From an archaeon (GTDB taxonomy: Archaea > Iainarchaeota > Iainarchaeia > Iainarchaeales > 1-14-0-10-31-34), in NCBI GenBank assembly GCA_043815885.1, contig JBDRIL010000061.1, positions 1 to 41,302 of the forward strand: 41,302 bases of DNA, written 5' to 3'. The notes beneath the pieces are model-generated. The model saw nothing but the letters and a program-made list of their open reading frames with translations. It had not been told where the DNA came from and ran no database searches. The translations under genes and the position numbers were made by a program. Positions 1-9,812 of this stretch are shown here, piece after piece. Within the stretch, counting starts at the first letter, position 1. Each line of letters begins with the position of its first letter.

Positions 1-2
1 CT

Positions 3-278
3 CCCGCTATCCCGCTTCACTTTTCAAGATTTTATCCCCTAAATAAACTGGATTACCTTCCCCCAACTCCAACAGAAAAACTATTCAAGGCAAAGGAAAC
101 AGCTGAAGAAACAGGAATGAAGTATGTCTATATTGGAAATATTGGTGAAGGAGAAGACACTCATTGCCCTGAATGCAGGAATATTTTAGTCAAAAGAATT
201 GCTTATTCTACAGATTTAGTCGGAGTAAAAGACAAAAAATGCAGTAAGTGCGGGCAAAAAACAGAATTGATTCTATAA
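3..278 (+). CDS. AmmeMemoRadiSam-type radical SAM enzyme, C-terminal part (runs off the left edge)
   Basis: Manual translation of frame 3: PAIPLHFSRFYP..PPTP..KYVYIGNI..THCPEC..CSKCG..LIL*. The PLHFSRF.P, YVYxGN and two CxxC motifs match the C-terminus of this family. Stop TAA at 276-278. Confidence 0.85.
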   Translation, partial: PAIPLHFSRFYPLNKLDYLPPTPTEKLFKAKETAEETGMKYVYIGNIGEGEDTHCPECRNILVKRIAYSTDLVGVKDKKCSKCGQKTELIL

Positions 279-283
279 TTCCA

Positions 284-595
284 CTACATTATCCCCAAAA
301 ATCTCAGTACCAGCATTACCCCTATTCCCGCTAAACCAAATATTGCTGTAACCAATAAGGTTGGAAGCAGAGGCAGAGAGATATGGAATACAAAGTGAAT
401 TATCCCCCATACAATCAGTCCTACTACTGAATTAATTATTATTTTTTTCAGGAAAAAAATGATTGCAATTGTTGCAACAATCAATACAATTCCAATCAAT
501 AAAAGCAATGGATTTCCCACTAAAGTTGAAGCAGCCCCCACAGCCACGTCCTTTGCAGTATTTGCTCCAAGAGACTCAAAACCAGCCAAAATCAT
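284..595 (-). CDS. Small multi-pass membrane protein, BofA-like (pro-sigmaK processing inhibitor family)
   Basis: Three hydrophobic segments; the IINSVVGL...AIFGLAGIGVMLVL pattern resembles the BofA family. ATG at 595 follows an SD-like GGTTGA (the ORF track starts at 607). Confidence 0.55.
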   Translation of the reverse strand: MILAGFESLGANTAKDVAVGAASTLVGNPLLLLIGIVLIVATIAIIFFLKKIIINSVVGLIVWGIIHFVFHISLPLLPTLLVTAIFGLAGIGVMLVLRFLGIM

Positions 596-706
596 TCTCT
601 CAACCAATAAATCCCTTTCTGAATGTCCTTTTATTTTTATTCTTTTTTTTTTGCTTCCAGCAAAAGCTTTACTATTTAAATCCTTTTGTATTCACAAGAA
701 GTTATA

Positions 707-1345
707 ATGATTAAGTATACTGACACACAGAAAAGGATTGCGGTATTGCTCTTGCATGAATCAAAAACCATTGATGAATTACACAATCAACTCAATATTC
801 CTTACGATGAATTAATGCGGGAACTAAAACCAATGCTGAAACTGGACCTGATTTACAGGGAACAGGGGTTTCCACCAAAATATAAACTGAAGAGAGAGAT
901 AAGCGATACAGTAAAGAGGCGAAAGAAAATGGCGGAAGAAGACAAAAACAAGATTAGATTGAATGCAATAATTGAAGTGCAGGCAATAGAAGAAAATTTA
1001 CTGAAAAAACAATTGAAGGAAATAAGAGAAGCGCTGGAAAAGGAAGAATTCTTCCAGGTCTATGATGTAATGGAAGCAGAAATAGCAGAGCAGGATGAAC
1101 ATTATTCCTCCTACCTGGAAGTAAGTCTTTCAGCAAAAAACCTTATGGCTCTAATGAGACTGATGTTTCTTTACGGCCCAACCAGCGTAGAAGTACTGAA
1201 ACCAGAAAAATTTGAAGTAGAGATGGGAGAATTACAGGAAGCATTAATGGCAATGGCAGACGTGGTTCATTCCTACACAGAATACATTGCAAAAAAATTA
1301 AGCAGAGAAGAGCTGGAAAACTTCAATAAACAGCTTTTTGGCTGA
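707..1345 (+). CDS. Winged-HTH (ArsR/MarR-like) N-terminal domain fused to an uncharacterised archaeal C-terminal domain
   Basis: N-terminal TDTQKRIAVLLLHESKTIDELHNQLNIPYDELMRELKPMLKLDLI has a wHTH pattern. First ATG at 707. Confidence 0.55.
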   Translation: MIKYTDTQKRIAVLLLHESKTIDELHNQLNIPYDELMRELKPMLKLDLIYREQGFPPKYKLKREISDTVKRRKKMAEEDKNKIRLNAIIEVQAIEENLLKKQLKEIREALEKEEFFQVYDVMEAEIAEQDEHYSSYLEVSLSAKNLMALMRLMFLYGPTSVEVLKPEKFEVEMGELQEALMAMADVVHSYTEYIAKKLSREELENFNKQLFG

Positions 1346-1447
1346 ATAAAGGCAAAAAAAAAGGGTTCCGGCAATTGTCTTAATTTCCTTCAACAATAAG
1401 CCAAAATTTTCCCTTATTGCAGCCTTTATGCCTATAAGTTAGCAATT

Positions 1448-1468
1448 CAAAAGCGATACTTATATAAA
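1448..1468 (+). promoter_or_regulatory. BRE + TATA promoter of the S-layer gene
   Basis: Purine-rich CAAAAGCGA followed by TTATATAA (1460-1467); predicted transcription start near 1490. Confidence 0.55.
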
Positions 1469-1561
1469 TAAAACATTATAATCAATATTAGAGCCTTTTG
1501 GGGTGAGATATATCCAAGGGGTTCTATTTTTCGTGTAAATTTTTGAGAGGTGAAAAAAAAC

Positions 1562-4471
1562 ATGAGAAATTTTAACATAAAGAAACTAGCTGCAGTAGCT
1601 GCAGGAGCAGTTCTTGTAGGAACTGCACTAGCACCAATAGTAGCAGCAGACATGCCAACCAAAAGTGACTTGGTTGCAAGCGACGGTTCAATGAACGTAG
1701 ACATAGTAGTAGGTTCTAAGGCAAAGGCTTCAGACGTAGTATGGGCAGGAAACATTGCCGCAGTACTGGCTCAAAAAGCCTATGTTGAAAAGGACGTCAT
1801 GACAGGCGGAGGAGAATGCATTGGAGCAACTCCATCAATTGAAGGACTAAAAGCAACAGTAACAGTCGGAGGAACAGTAACAGTAAGCGGAGGAAAGGTA
1901 TTCTACAACGACATGTATTCAACACCAGTGGGAGGATCAGCACAACAAGAGGCAAACTTCAATTCACAGATGGTTACCAATTCAAACATTCCAAGCCTAA
2001 AGTACTTTTCATCCAAATCATATCTCTACAACGGAACAAGCTACACTACAACAATGCAGGAAAGACTAGTATTCACAGCAGACGTTATGTTTGACTACCA
2101 AGGAGAAAACGAAATGATTACAGAGTTTGGGGCAGGAGGATTAAGGTTTAATTTGAACCTTGGTTCAGGAGTTCCAAGATATGAGTCATTGAGTTCAACC
2201 TTAAAGTTCAGCGACGATGCAAACGATAATGTAAGGATTCCATGGTTTGGAGAACTCTACCTGGTAAAACAGGTTGATTCAGCAAACAACTACCTTGAAT
2301 TAATCAAGGGTTCAGCAGAAAAATCCTATTCAGAAGGAGACAAGCTAACAGGATTGGTAGGAAAGAACGGAGAAAACTTCTACATCGTAGTAGGACCAGG
2401 AGGAACAGTAGGAACAGCAAGCACTCAAAAAGTAACAATGACTCTGTACAGCGAAGACGGAACACAGATTGTTTCAGACGACTTTGGAGCAGAAGATGTA
2501 ACCTTTTACTGGCCTGACGACTATGCTGATGCAGGAGAAGTAATTCTGCAGACACTGGTAACTATTACTGAAATAAAGAAAACAGTACTGGCAGACGCAG
2601 AAATCTATTATCCAACAATACTGACAGGAACAGACAGACTTGAATTTTACAACGACAAAGGATATCCATATGATTCAACAAAAACATCAGAAGAGTACGA
2701 CTGGGAAAGCAAGTTATTCTTTGACGGAAACTACCTGAAAGACGTAAACATCCAGAATACTTCACAAAACAGGTATACTTCAAGCAAAGCACTGAGACCA
2801 GGAGACGAAGCCGCATTTCCAAGCGACTGGGGAACAGTTAAGTTTTTGGGTTTGCAGTTACCTGAATTCTCAACAAACGGGATATCCAAAACAGAGAGAA
2901 CTACTACCATTGAATTAAAAGACGAAGCACTCTACTACAGAGACAATACTTACGAGGCAGACCATGTAGTACCATTCTATGTAGGTCCAGGCGGCGTAGG
3001 AGACTTAAGAGGCTATGACGATGACAGTACAGGGACATTCACAATCGACGGAAAGACAATCTGGTTCAAGATTGACACAACTGATAAAAACATACTTGCA
3101 AGCACATCTGCAACAGGCACAAGCATAACAGCACCAGGAAGCAATCAGTGTATTGGAGACGGAAACTACATTAACGGAGAACCAGTAAAACTTGAAACCT
3201 TTACTGATGCAACCAGTGTTGTAGTCAATGGAACCGCTGTCAACCAAGGAGCCAGAGCAGACATAAACGGAATGCAGTTCCTTGTAAGCAAAGTAGACAA
3301 CACAAACAGCTGTGCCCATTTTGCAGCAGACGGAAACATTGCATTCAGGAAAGATACTTCAACAGGAGAACTAATCCAGGAAGCCTGGTTTGTTGACGAG
3401 AACGCAGCAAACGATAACAGCGGAAATGAAGCCCCCATAAGTTTCGAGGGAGCAAGTGGACTTACACACGATTACATCCTAATGGTGAATAGATCAGGAA
3501 CAAGCGGCCAAGATGCAGATATTTACCTGTTGCTTGACGACCAAGTATTAACCACACAGTACAATAAGAAAGTAGGATTGGTCGGAGTGGATGCAGGGGA
3601 AGACGCATTTAACGCAGGATCAGGAGATGCAGACTTCTACGTTCCACACAACAGCTATCTCCCAGCAGAGTGGCAATCAGATGGTTCTAATTTCAATGTT
3701 GCTGGTACAACATACAGCCTAAACAACTACGTTATTGCAAAATTCAAGATAGACGAAGATGAAAGTACAGTTTCAGCAACAGCAGAAGCAAACTGGGACT
3801 TTAATGTGTTCATTGACACATCAACAGGACAAGTGCCAGTACTAGCAAACTCTAACCTAGACATCTACACATGGGAAGCAGACTGGAACCAAGGAGGCAA
3901 GCTTTTAACTGAAAGCACTACCAACCCAACCGCTCCAAGTGTGGCTTACTCAGACTTTGGTACAAAAATGAGTCTGGTTGACCACAAGTACAAGGCAGTA
4001 ATCCCAGAGAACAGGCCACAGGCAGAAATGCTTGTAGCAGGAACAGGAACAGCCACTGAAATGTCCGGAGGAGAAACATCTGAAGCTCTCGGAGAAGGAG
4101 ATACCTTCACTACTTCAGGCGGAACAATAGTATCCATTGAATCACTAACCTATGACAGTGCTGTCTGTACTGGAGAAGGCGGAGACATAGCTTGTGACCC
4201 AACTCCAAGCACCTACAAATCAATGAAGGCAGTTTCAACTCCATTCGTGGTATTCGACACTGACGCAGGAAACGTCCTAAACCACATCATAATAGGTGGA
4301 TGGAAGGTAAACACCTTCGCAAAAGGACTGGGCTTGGAAGAAAAGCTAACCTCATCAGGAGACTACGTAGTTGAAGTAACAGCCGACGGAGATGTAGTGG
4401 TAGCAGGTTATAAAGGACCTGATACAGGCGCAGCAGCTAGAGCATTAATCGACGAAATAGAGACATGGTAA
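1562..4471 (+). CDS. S-layer protein (Methanococcales/Thermococcales-type N- and C-terminal S-layer domains)
   Basis: Signal peptide IKKLAAVAAGAVLVGTALA; DIVVGSKAKASDVVWAGNIAA N-domain; C-terminal IIIGGWKVN...VVVAGYKGPDTGAAA; acidic and T/G/S-rich with several N-x-S/T sequons. SD GAGGTGA precedes the ATG at 1562. Confidence 0.9.
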   Translation: MRNFNIKKLAAVAAGAVLVGTALAPIVAADMPTKSDLVASDGSMNVDIVVGSKAKASDVVWAGNIAAVLAQKAYVEKDVMTGGGECIGATPSIEGLKATVTVGGTVTVSGGKVFYNDMYSTPVGGSAQQEANFNSQMVTNSNIPSLKYFSSKSYLYNGTSYTTTMQERLVFTADVMFDYQGENEMITEFGAGGLRFNLNLGSGVPRYESLSSTLKFSDDANDNVRIPWFGELYLVKQVDSANNYLELIKGSAEKSYSEGDKLTGLVGKNGENFYIVVGPGGTVGTASTQKVTMTLYSEDGTQIVSDDFGAEDVTFYWPDDYADAGEVILQTLVTITEIKKTVLADAEIYYPTILTGTDRLEFYNDKGYPYDSTKTSEEYDWESKLFFDGNYLKDVNIQNTSQNRYTSSKALRPGDEAAFPSDWGTVKFLGLQLPEFSTNGISKTERTTTIELKDEALYYRDNTYEADHVVPFYVGPGGVGDLRGYDDDSTGTFTIDGKTIWFKIDTTDKNILASTSATGTSITAPGSNQCIGDGNYINGEPVKLETFTDATSVVVNGTAVNQGARADINGMQFLVSKVDNTNSCAHFAADGNIAFRKDTSTGELIQEAWFVDENAANDNSGNEAPISFEGASGLTHDYILMVNRSGTSGQDADIYLLLDDQVLTTQYNKKVGLVGVDAGEDAFNAGSGDADFYVPHNSYLPAEWQSDGSNFNVAGTTYSLNNYVIAKFKIDEDESTVSATAEANWDFNVFIDTSTGQVPVLANSNLDIYTWEADWNQGGKLLTESTTNPTAPSVAYSDFGTKMSLVDHKYKAVIPENRPQAEMLVAGTGTATEMSGGETSEALGEGDTFTTSGGTIVSIESLTYDSAVCTGEGGDIACDPTPSTYKSMKAVSTPFVVFDTDAGNVLNHIIIGGWKVNTFAKGLGLEEKLTSSGDYVVEVTADGDVVVAGYKGPDTGAAARALIDEIETW

Positions 4472-4474
4472 ATT

Positions 4475-4518
4475 TAGGTTGAATCATTCAACCTACCTTT
4501 TTTTCTTTTTTTTCTTTT
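4475..4518 (+). terminator. Inverted repeat plus poly-T terminator after the S-layer gene
   Basis: TAGGTTGAAT-C-ATTCAACCTA (4475-4495), a perfect 10-bp inverted repeat, followed by long T tracts. Confidence 0.75.
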
Positions 4519-4595
4519 GCCCTTGAATTAAAGCTATTTTTTTATTATCTTCCCTTAAAAAAACATTTATCTTATTTTTGGCTGGAGTATTTTGT

Positions 4596-5213
4596 ATGGC
4601 TGGAAGAAATGAATTGATTGCAGCAGTATTACTTATCATGATAATTGCTTTAGTGTTTCTTTATTTTTCTTTTTCAGAGGAAAAATACCAGTATGAAGTG
4701 CAATTAGAAAATATTGCGTTTAAATCTAACACTTATCCTGATCCCAAAGTATTCTTAAAGGAAATAAAGGAAAGATATTATTTCATTGTCTCTCCTGAAT
4801 TAGATTATGAGAGCAAAAACAATAACTCTGTTAATTCAATAAACACTCTTTTTGTAGGCGTACTTAGCGGGCTGGACAAGAATGTAGTCACTCTTATAAG
4901 AGTATTAGATGAAAGGAATGACTTGAATTACTGCCAGACCAATTACGGAAACATTGAAGTAAATGAAAGGATTTCAGTGCAAGAGTGCATGGTTCTGCTT
5001 GAAGACAAAAGCGCAGTAAAAATAAAAGCCTCCCTTCCAAATGATTCCTTAAGACTTTCAGAGGTAATCCTTTCAAGGAATTCCATTGAGATAAAACCAA
5101 AAACTGTTTCAGAGGGAACAAGGATTTCAACCTTATTATTGAGAGCGATGTATGAGGAGACAGAGGAAATAATTGAACTAATAAACAGGCTGGCGAAGAA
5201 ACTGAGTGATTAA
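4596..5213 (+). CDS. Hypothetical protein with N-terminal membrane anchor
   Basis: Long ORF with hydrophobic ELIAAVLLIMIIALVFLYFSF; abuts the next gene (TAA-ATG). Confidence 0.7.
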   Translation: MAGRNELIAAVLLIMIIALVFLYFSFSEEKYQYEVQLENIAFKSNTYPDPKVFLKEIKERYYFIVSPELDYESKNNNSVNSINTLFVGVLSGLDKNVVTLIRVLDERNDLNYCQTNYGNIEVNERISVQECMVLLEDKSAVKIKASLPNDSLRLSEVILSRNSIEIKPKTVSEGTRISTLLLRAMYEETEEIIELINRLAKKLSD

Positions 5214-6260
5214 ATGAAGGACCTGATTCAAAAGAGTTTAATTTCCCTGATTCTTGTATTCGTTGTAATAGGAATTATTGCCATCTACACTAGAGGCCAT
5301 GAGGCGTTACTTGCAATAAGTCCTATGGGCTTAATTAATTTCATACTGGCATGCATTTTTTTCTTGTTAGGAGTGCTTTTATGGATTCTTTCTTGGGCGT
5401 ATCTAATAAGAAAAGAAGCCAACATACCTTATTCAAGCCTTATCCTTGTCGGGTTTGCTTCATTGTATGGAGCTCTTACCCCCATACAGTTGGGAACAGA
5501 AGCACTGCGCTCATTAACCCTTAAAAAAAGATTCAGTGTTCCTTACTCTAAATCCATTTCTGCAAGCATGATAGTGAAAGGAACAAAGTTCCTGATCCTT
5601 GCAGTAATATTTTCTTTAATAATACTGATGTTTCTTTCCAGCACAAGACTTGATTCCTTTGCATTCTTTGCATTGCTTAGCGGTTTTTTAGTAATTGTTT
5701 TAGCCTGCCTCTTATTCCTCCTGCCTTTAAGCAAGAGAATAGGCTTAATGATTTCACGCTTCTTTAACTTTCTTGCAAGAGACATTCCCTTGTTTGGATA
5801 CTTAAGTGAATTCTTTTACAATTACTCCTATTACCTAAAGACTATTTCAGTTAAATCATTTTTACTCATTTTATTTCTCTCTTTTCTTTCCTTTATATTT
5901 GAATTCCTTGCCCTAAGGTTTGCCTTTATTTCAATAGAAAAAGACATAGGGATTTTTGCTCTTCTAGTGCTTTTTTCATTGGTTTCAGTTCTTGAAAGAA
6001 TTCCATTGCTTCCGAGAGGCATTGGTGCAGTGGAATTCATTGGCTTCACTTACTTGAATATGGTTTCAAGGCTTGAAAAGGTTTCAAGGCTAACTGTAAG
6101 CCAGATAGGGGCAGTACTGATAATCTATGATGTAGTGAGACTGATCATTCCAACAATAATCAGTCTAATAATTGCCTTTATTTTAAGGATAAGAGTGGAA
6201 GAAGAAAATAATTCTAAAAGGAAATCCTTTGGAATAAAAACAGCCATAAAAGACAATTAA
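5214..6260 (+). CDS. Lysylphosphatidylglycerol synthase TM / UPF0104 flippase-like membrane protein
   Basis: About 8 TM segments; motifs LTPIQLGTEALR and PLLPRGIGAVE match the TP...GE..R and P..PGG.G..E signatures of this family. Confidence 0.8.
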   Translation: MKDLIQKSLISLILVFVVIGIIAIYTRGHEALLAISPMGLINFILACIFFLLGVLLWILSWAYLIRKEANIPYSSLILVGFASLYGALTPIQLGTEALRSLTLKKRFSVPYSKSISASMIVKGTKFLILAVIFSLIILMFLSSTRLDSFAFFALLSGFLVIVLACLLFLLPLSKRIGLMISRFFNFLARDIPLFGYLSEFFYNYSYYLKTISVKSFLLILFLSFLSFIFEFLALRFAFISIEKDIGIFALLVLFSLVSVLERIPLLPRGIGAVEFIGFTYLNMVSRLEKVSRLTVSQIGAVLIIYDVVRLIIPTIISLIIAFILRIRVEEENNSKRKSFGIKTAIKDN

Positions 6261-7170
6261 TAACCACAATTAGCCAAATAATTAAAACAATCTTCCATTC
6301 CTTTAATGGACCGAAAACCCTTATTACTAATTTAGCGAAATCATACCTCGCTCCATCCTTATAATCAGGCATAGCCAATTTTCCATCCCCCAATAATTTA
6401 TATGGTCTTATCTTTGTCTGGGAAGGATCTTTTGCATTAGTAAGCATTTTCAAGAAAACAAAATCAATTATGTGGGGAATGTAGAACATTCCCCCCAATA
6501 AAATCAGCTGAATGTCTTTAGTCATTACAAGTATTCCTGCAATCCCTGCCCCAATTAATAGCGTTCCAGAATCCCCTGGAAACACCTTTGCAGGATAAAG
6601 ATTGAAGAGAAGTAAAGCGAGAATTATCCCGCTGAGTATTAATGCAAGAAACAGAAATCCGCTTGAAACAGCCAAAAAAATTACTGCCAGGCTAATAATG
6701 TAACTGCTCCCAATCTCCCATCCATTCAGTCCAGCAAAGGTATTATGAAAGGAAGCAATGAATGCAATAAACAAAGCCAATGGAACAAACAATAAAATGG
6801 AGTCAGAAAAAAAGAATGCAAAACCCATTGAAGCCAAAGCAATAGGAACAGCCCTTATTTTCCATGAAAGAGGCTTCTTTGTCCATTTATGCCGTGTGTC
6901 ATCAAAAAAACCAATAAAAGAAAAAACACTTAACAGCACTAACCAACCCAGAAAAGAAGGATTAAATCCTTCCAATAAAAAGTAAACAACCCCAATTAAC
7001 CACAGAGAACCTAAAAGCACTATTCCTGTTGCTTCCGGAACCTTTCTCTGATCCAGTTTATTGATATCTATCCCTAAAGCAAATTCCTTTTTCTCACTCC
7101 ATTTCTTAAAGAAATAAATTCCAATAAGGCAGATAATGAAAGAAGAAATAAACCAAACCAATTCATTCAT
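6214..7170 (-). CDS. Glycosyl transferase family 4 (MraY/GPT-like) polyprenyl-phosphate sugar-1-phosphate transferase, AglH-like
   Basis: GIDINK..VPEATG, IGFFDD, NTFAGLNGWE, FNLYPAKVFPGDSGT motifs; multi-pass membrane protein. Confidence 0.88.
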   Translation of the reverse strand: MNELVWFISSFIICLIGIYFFKKWSEKKEFALGIDINKLDQRKVPEATGIVLLGSLWLIGVVYFLLEGFNPSFLGWLVLLSVFSFIGFFDDTRHKWTKKPLSWKIRAVPIALASMGFAFFFSDSILLFVPLALFIAFIASFHNTFAGLNGWEIGSSYIISLAVIFLAVSSGFLFLALILSGIILALLLFNLYPAKVFPGDSGTLLIGAGIAGILVMTKDIQLILLGGMFYIPHIIDFVFLKMLTNAKDPSQTKIRPYKLLGDGKLAMPDYKDGARYDFAKLVIRVFGPLKEWKIVLIIWLIVVINCLLWLFLFQRISF

Positions 7171-7172
7171 TA

Positions 7173-8420
7173 TTAATCAGCCTTCATTAATTCTCTCAGC
7201 ACTATTGTAGCATAATCTCCTTTTGGCAACCCGAAGGAAAGCATTGCCTTTAATTTTCCTTCATTGAATTCATCTTTTGCTACTGATAATAATTCCAGCC
7301 TTTCTGGAATTAAAACTATCTTTTTTCTCGCTCCCTTTGAACTCATTTCCTTCATTTTTTTAACATAAAAATCCTTTAATTCAATTCCCTCTTTCTCTAA
7401 AACCATTTTCTCTATTTTCCCTGTTTTTCCTCCAGCAAACTCACTCTCAAACCCATAAAGTGGCGCAGTAGGAATTCCATCAATCAAAACATCTCCTTTA
7501 ACTCCCTTCAATCCAATTCCTTTACTTATTCTTTCATTTATTACTTCATTGAATAAATGCGACTGATATGCATGAACAAACAAATACCTTAATTTTTTTG
7601 GCAGAGCCCTGAAAGCTCCAATAAAGTCCTCTTCATTCTTTATTAAGTGATTCAGTATTGCTCTCTCGTACCTGACTTTATTTGGAAACTCCTTTATTGC
7701 TTTAGAAAAATCATTGCTTTTCTTTAAATTATTTCTTGCATTCCTCACTTCCTCTTCTTCCCTTTCATTTGATTCAGTTAGATAAAGCATTACTCCTTTC
7801 TTGAAGTCTCCCTTAACGAATTCCTTTCCAACCAAATGCGTTATTCCTCTGATTCCTCCAAACCTTTGTTCCCCAAAATAATTAGCAATTCCTTTCTTCA
7901 TTTCCTTGGAGCATTCCTTTACCCTCCTTTCAATTTCTTTTTCCTCTAACTCTATATCCCTAATTGTTATCTCAAACTCATTTCCCTTTAGTTCCCCTAG
8001 ATCTATTCCTTTTCCACTCCATTCAGCTTCCCTCAGCCTGATAAACCTTGAATTGAATTCCCTCATTCTTTCGGGAAGAGGATTATAAATAGAAATTCTT
8101 TGAGAGCTTATTGCCCTCTTATCCTTTATTCCTGCATAAGAAATCCTTTTCCTGCTGAAGTGGTTGAATCTTGCAATCCTTCTGATTGCTTCATTAATGT
8201 CAAGATTGAATTTCTCCATTACCACAATCAAATACTTATATTCATCCCTGTTTTCAGGAACCACTAATTCATTTGAATCAGATAAATTCTTTTCATTCAG
8301 AGTAATTTCACAGATTTTCCCTTCTGGAGTGATTTCCCTAACATTAAAATCACTTATTCTCTGCTTTATCCTCCCTCCAATTCCCTTGGAAGGGGTCGAG
8401 TAATAACTAGCTTTCTTCAT
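7173..8420 (-). CDS. truD: tRNA pseudouridine(13) synthase TruD
   Basis: DFNVRE, YAGIKDKRA (catalytic Asp), LKGNEFEI, NYFGEQRFG, HAYQSHLFN, LPKGDYATIVLRE. Confidence 0.95.
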   Translation of the reverse strand: MKKASYYSTPSKGIGGRIKQRISDFNVREITPEGKICEITLNEKNLSDSNELVVPENRDEYKYLIVVMEKFNLDINEAIRRIARFNHFSRKRISYAGIKDKRAISSQRISIYNPLPERMREFNSRFIRLREAEWSGKGIDLGELKGNEFEITIRDIELEEKEIERRVKECSKEMKKGIANYFGEQRFGGIRGITHLVGKEFVKGDFKKGVMLYLTESNEREEEEVRNARNNLKKSNDFSKAIKEFPNKVRYERAILNHLIKNEEDFIGAFRALPKKLRYLFVHAYQSHLFNEVINERISKGIGLKGVKGDVLIDGIPTAPLYGFESEFAGGKTGKIEKMVLEKEGIELKDFYVKKMKEMSSKGARKKIVLIPERLELLSVAKDEFNEGKLKAMLSFGLPKGDYATIVLRELMKAD

Positions 8421-8436
8421 TTAAACCCTTAAAAAA

Positions 8437-9660
8437 TTACTTGTATCTAAGGAAGGCTCCAATCCCTCCAAACCCCTTAAAGAATTGCTCTCCCTCTGGC
8501 GTCTCAGTTGAAACGATTCTTGTTTCTGCTCCAGTATCCTTTGCTTTTTCCATTAAAAAATCAATGTAATCCACTTCCTCCAATATCTCTATCTGAGTTG
8601 ATTTCCCGCATTTAGAGCACTTCAATGATTTTTCATCAAAATTCCTTGGATCCTTAATCACTATTTCTTCTGAGTGATTGCATGCATTGCACTGAATTTT
8701 ATACGCAATCCATTCAATTCCCTCTGACAAAAGCAAGGTCTTCACTTTCCCAATGTTTAATACTTCCTCCACTTCCTTCTGTCCATAAGCCACTAATTCA
8801 CTCTTCACTATTCCTTCAAGGAATTGATTCATCAACTTCTTTTCCTTCATTATCTCTGTGTCTTTCAGTATTTCCTCTGACTTAAAGAACAATTCCCTTA
8901 TCCCTGATTCATCAGTATAAGAGGCATCAACTACCCCAATTATTTTTTGCTTTAACCTGTGGTCTATTGCCTCCTTTGAGAGAAAATCATTCTTTGTTAT
9001 TCCCGGGCCTCCAACAATGACTCCATTTAATGTATCCCCATACTCGACAAAAATAGAATTTATTTTCTCGCTTACCCTCTTAAAGAATTCTTCAGCTGCT
9101 TCTTCCCTCAGTCTTTCAAAACGATGAGCGCTCTGGCCTCCGGCCCTTGTCTTTCCAGCCACCCCTGAAGTGTAATGCCCTGCAATCTCATATCTCTTTC
9201 CTTTAAGTACTGCAACAGTCGCCTCTCTTTTATCAATAACCAGTAAGGCAAAGGTTTCACTTGGCTTAATCATTTCCTCCAAAGGATTTAAATGGAATTC
9301 ACTGTCACACCAATACAGCTTCACTTTCAATCTCTTGGAAGGCTTTACTACAAACATTCGTATATCGCTTCTTCCCTCCACTTCAGAGACATTCCCGCAG
9401 AAAAGCACTAATCCATTCTCCGGAATCTTGAAGTCAATCTGCTTCAATAAATTATTTATCTTCCTTAACGCTCCCTGCACATTCTTTCTAGTGCTAGGGC
9501 TCTTTATGTTCGATGACTGGCTCATTTCTTCTGTAATTTGCCCCATTACATTGCTTCTGTCTGCATCAGGAGGAATGTAGAGACTAATCAATTCAGTTCC
9601 CTTTCCCTTGAATTCCTTCAATTTCTTTAATTTCTTTTTCAGAAGCGCGTCTTCTTCCAT
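8437..9660 (-). CDS. prf1: Peptide chain release factor aRF1
   Basis: GTELISLYIPP, NIKS, YWCDSEF, RAGGQSAHRFER, Zn-ribbon CxxC pair, FGGIGAFLRY. Confidence 0.97.
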   Translation of the reverse strand: MEEDALLKKKLKKLKEFKGKGTELISLYIPPDADRSNVMGQITEEMSQSSNIKSPSTRKNVQGALRKINNLLKQIDFKIPENGLVLFCGNVSEVEGRSDIRMFVVKPSKRLKVKLYWCDSEFHLNPLEEMIKPSETFALLVIDKREATVAVLKGKRYEIAGHYTSGVAGKTRAGGQSAHRFERLREEAAEEFFKRVSEKINSIFVEYGDTLNGVIVGGPGITKNDFLSKEAIDHRLKQKIIGVVDASYTDESGIRELFFKSEEILKDTEIMKEKKLMNQFLEGIVKSELVAYGQKEVEEVLNIGKVKTLLLSEGIEWIAYKIQCNACNHSEEIVIKDPRNFDEKSLKCSKCGKSTQIEILEEVDYIDFLMEKAKDTGAETRIVSTETPEGEQFFKGFGGIGAFLRYK

Positions 9661-9812
9661 TTTTAATTCACCTTCAGAAGAATTAGTTAATCAGCCCTAT
9701 GGCTATGCAGAATAAGAATTCATTGAAATATAATGTTCTGCCATTGTTATTATTTTTTGTTTAATAAAGCTTTTAAATTACTTTGTATTAAGTTTAATTG
9801 GAGAGAGAAAAA

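Noticed and set aside
9690..9745. Possible structured leader or riboswitch upstream of prf1 (GCAGAA/TTCTGC, ATGGC/GCCAT)
   Set aside because: Stems are short and mutually competing, with no recognisable riboswitch consensus; could be chance.
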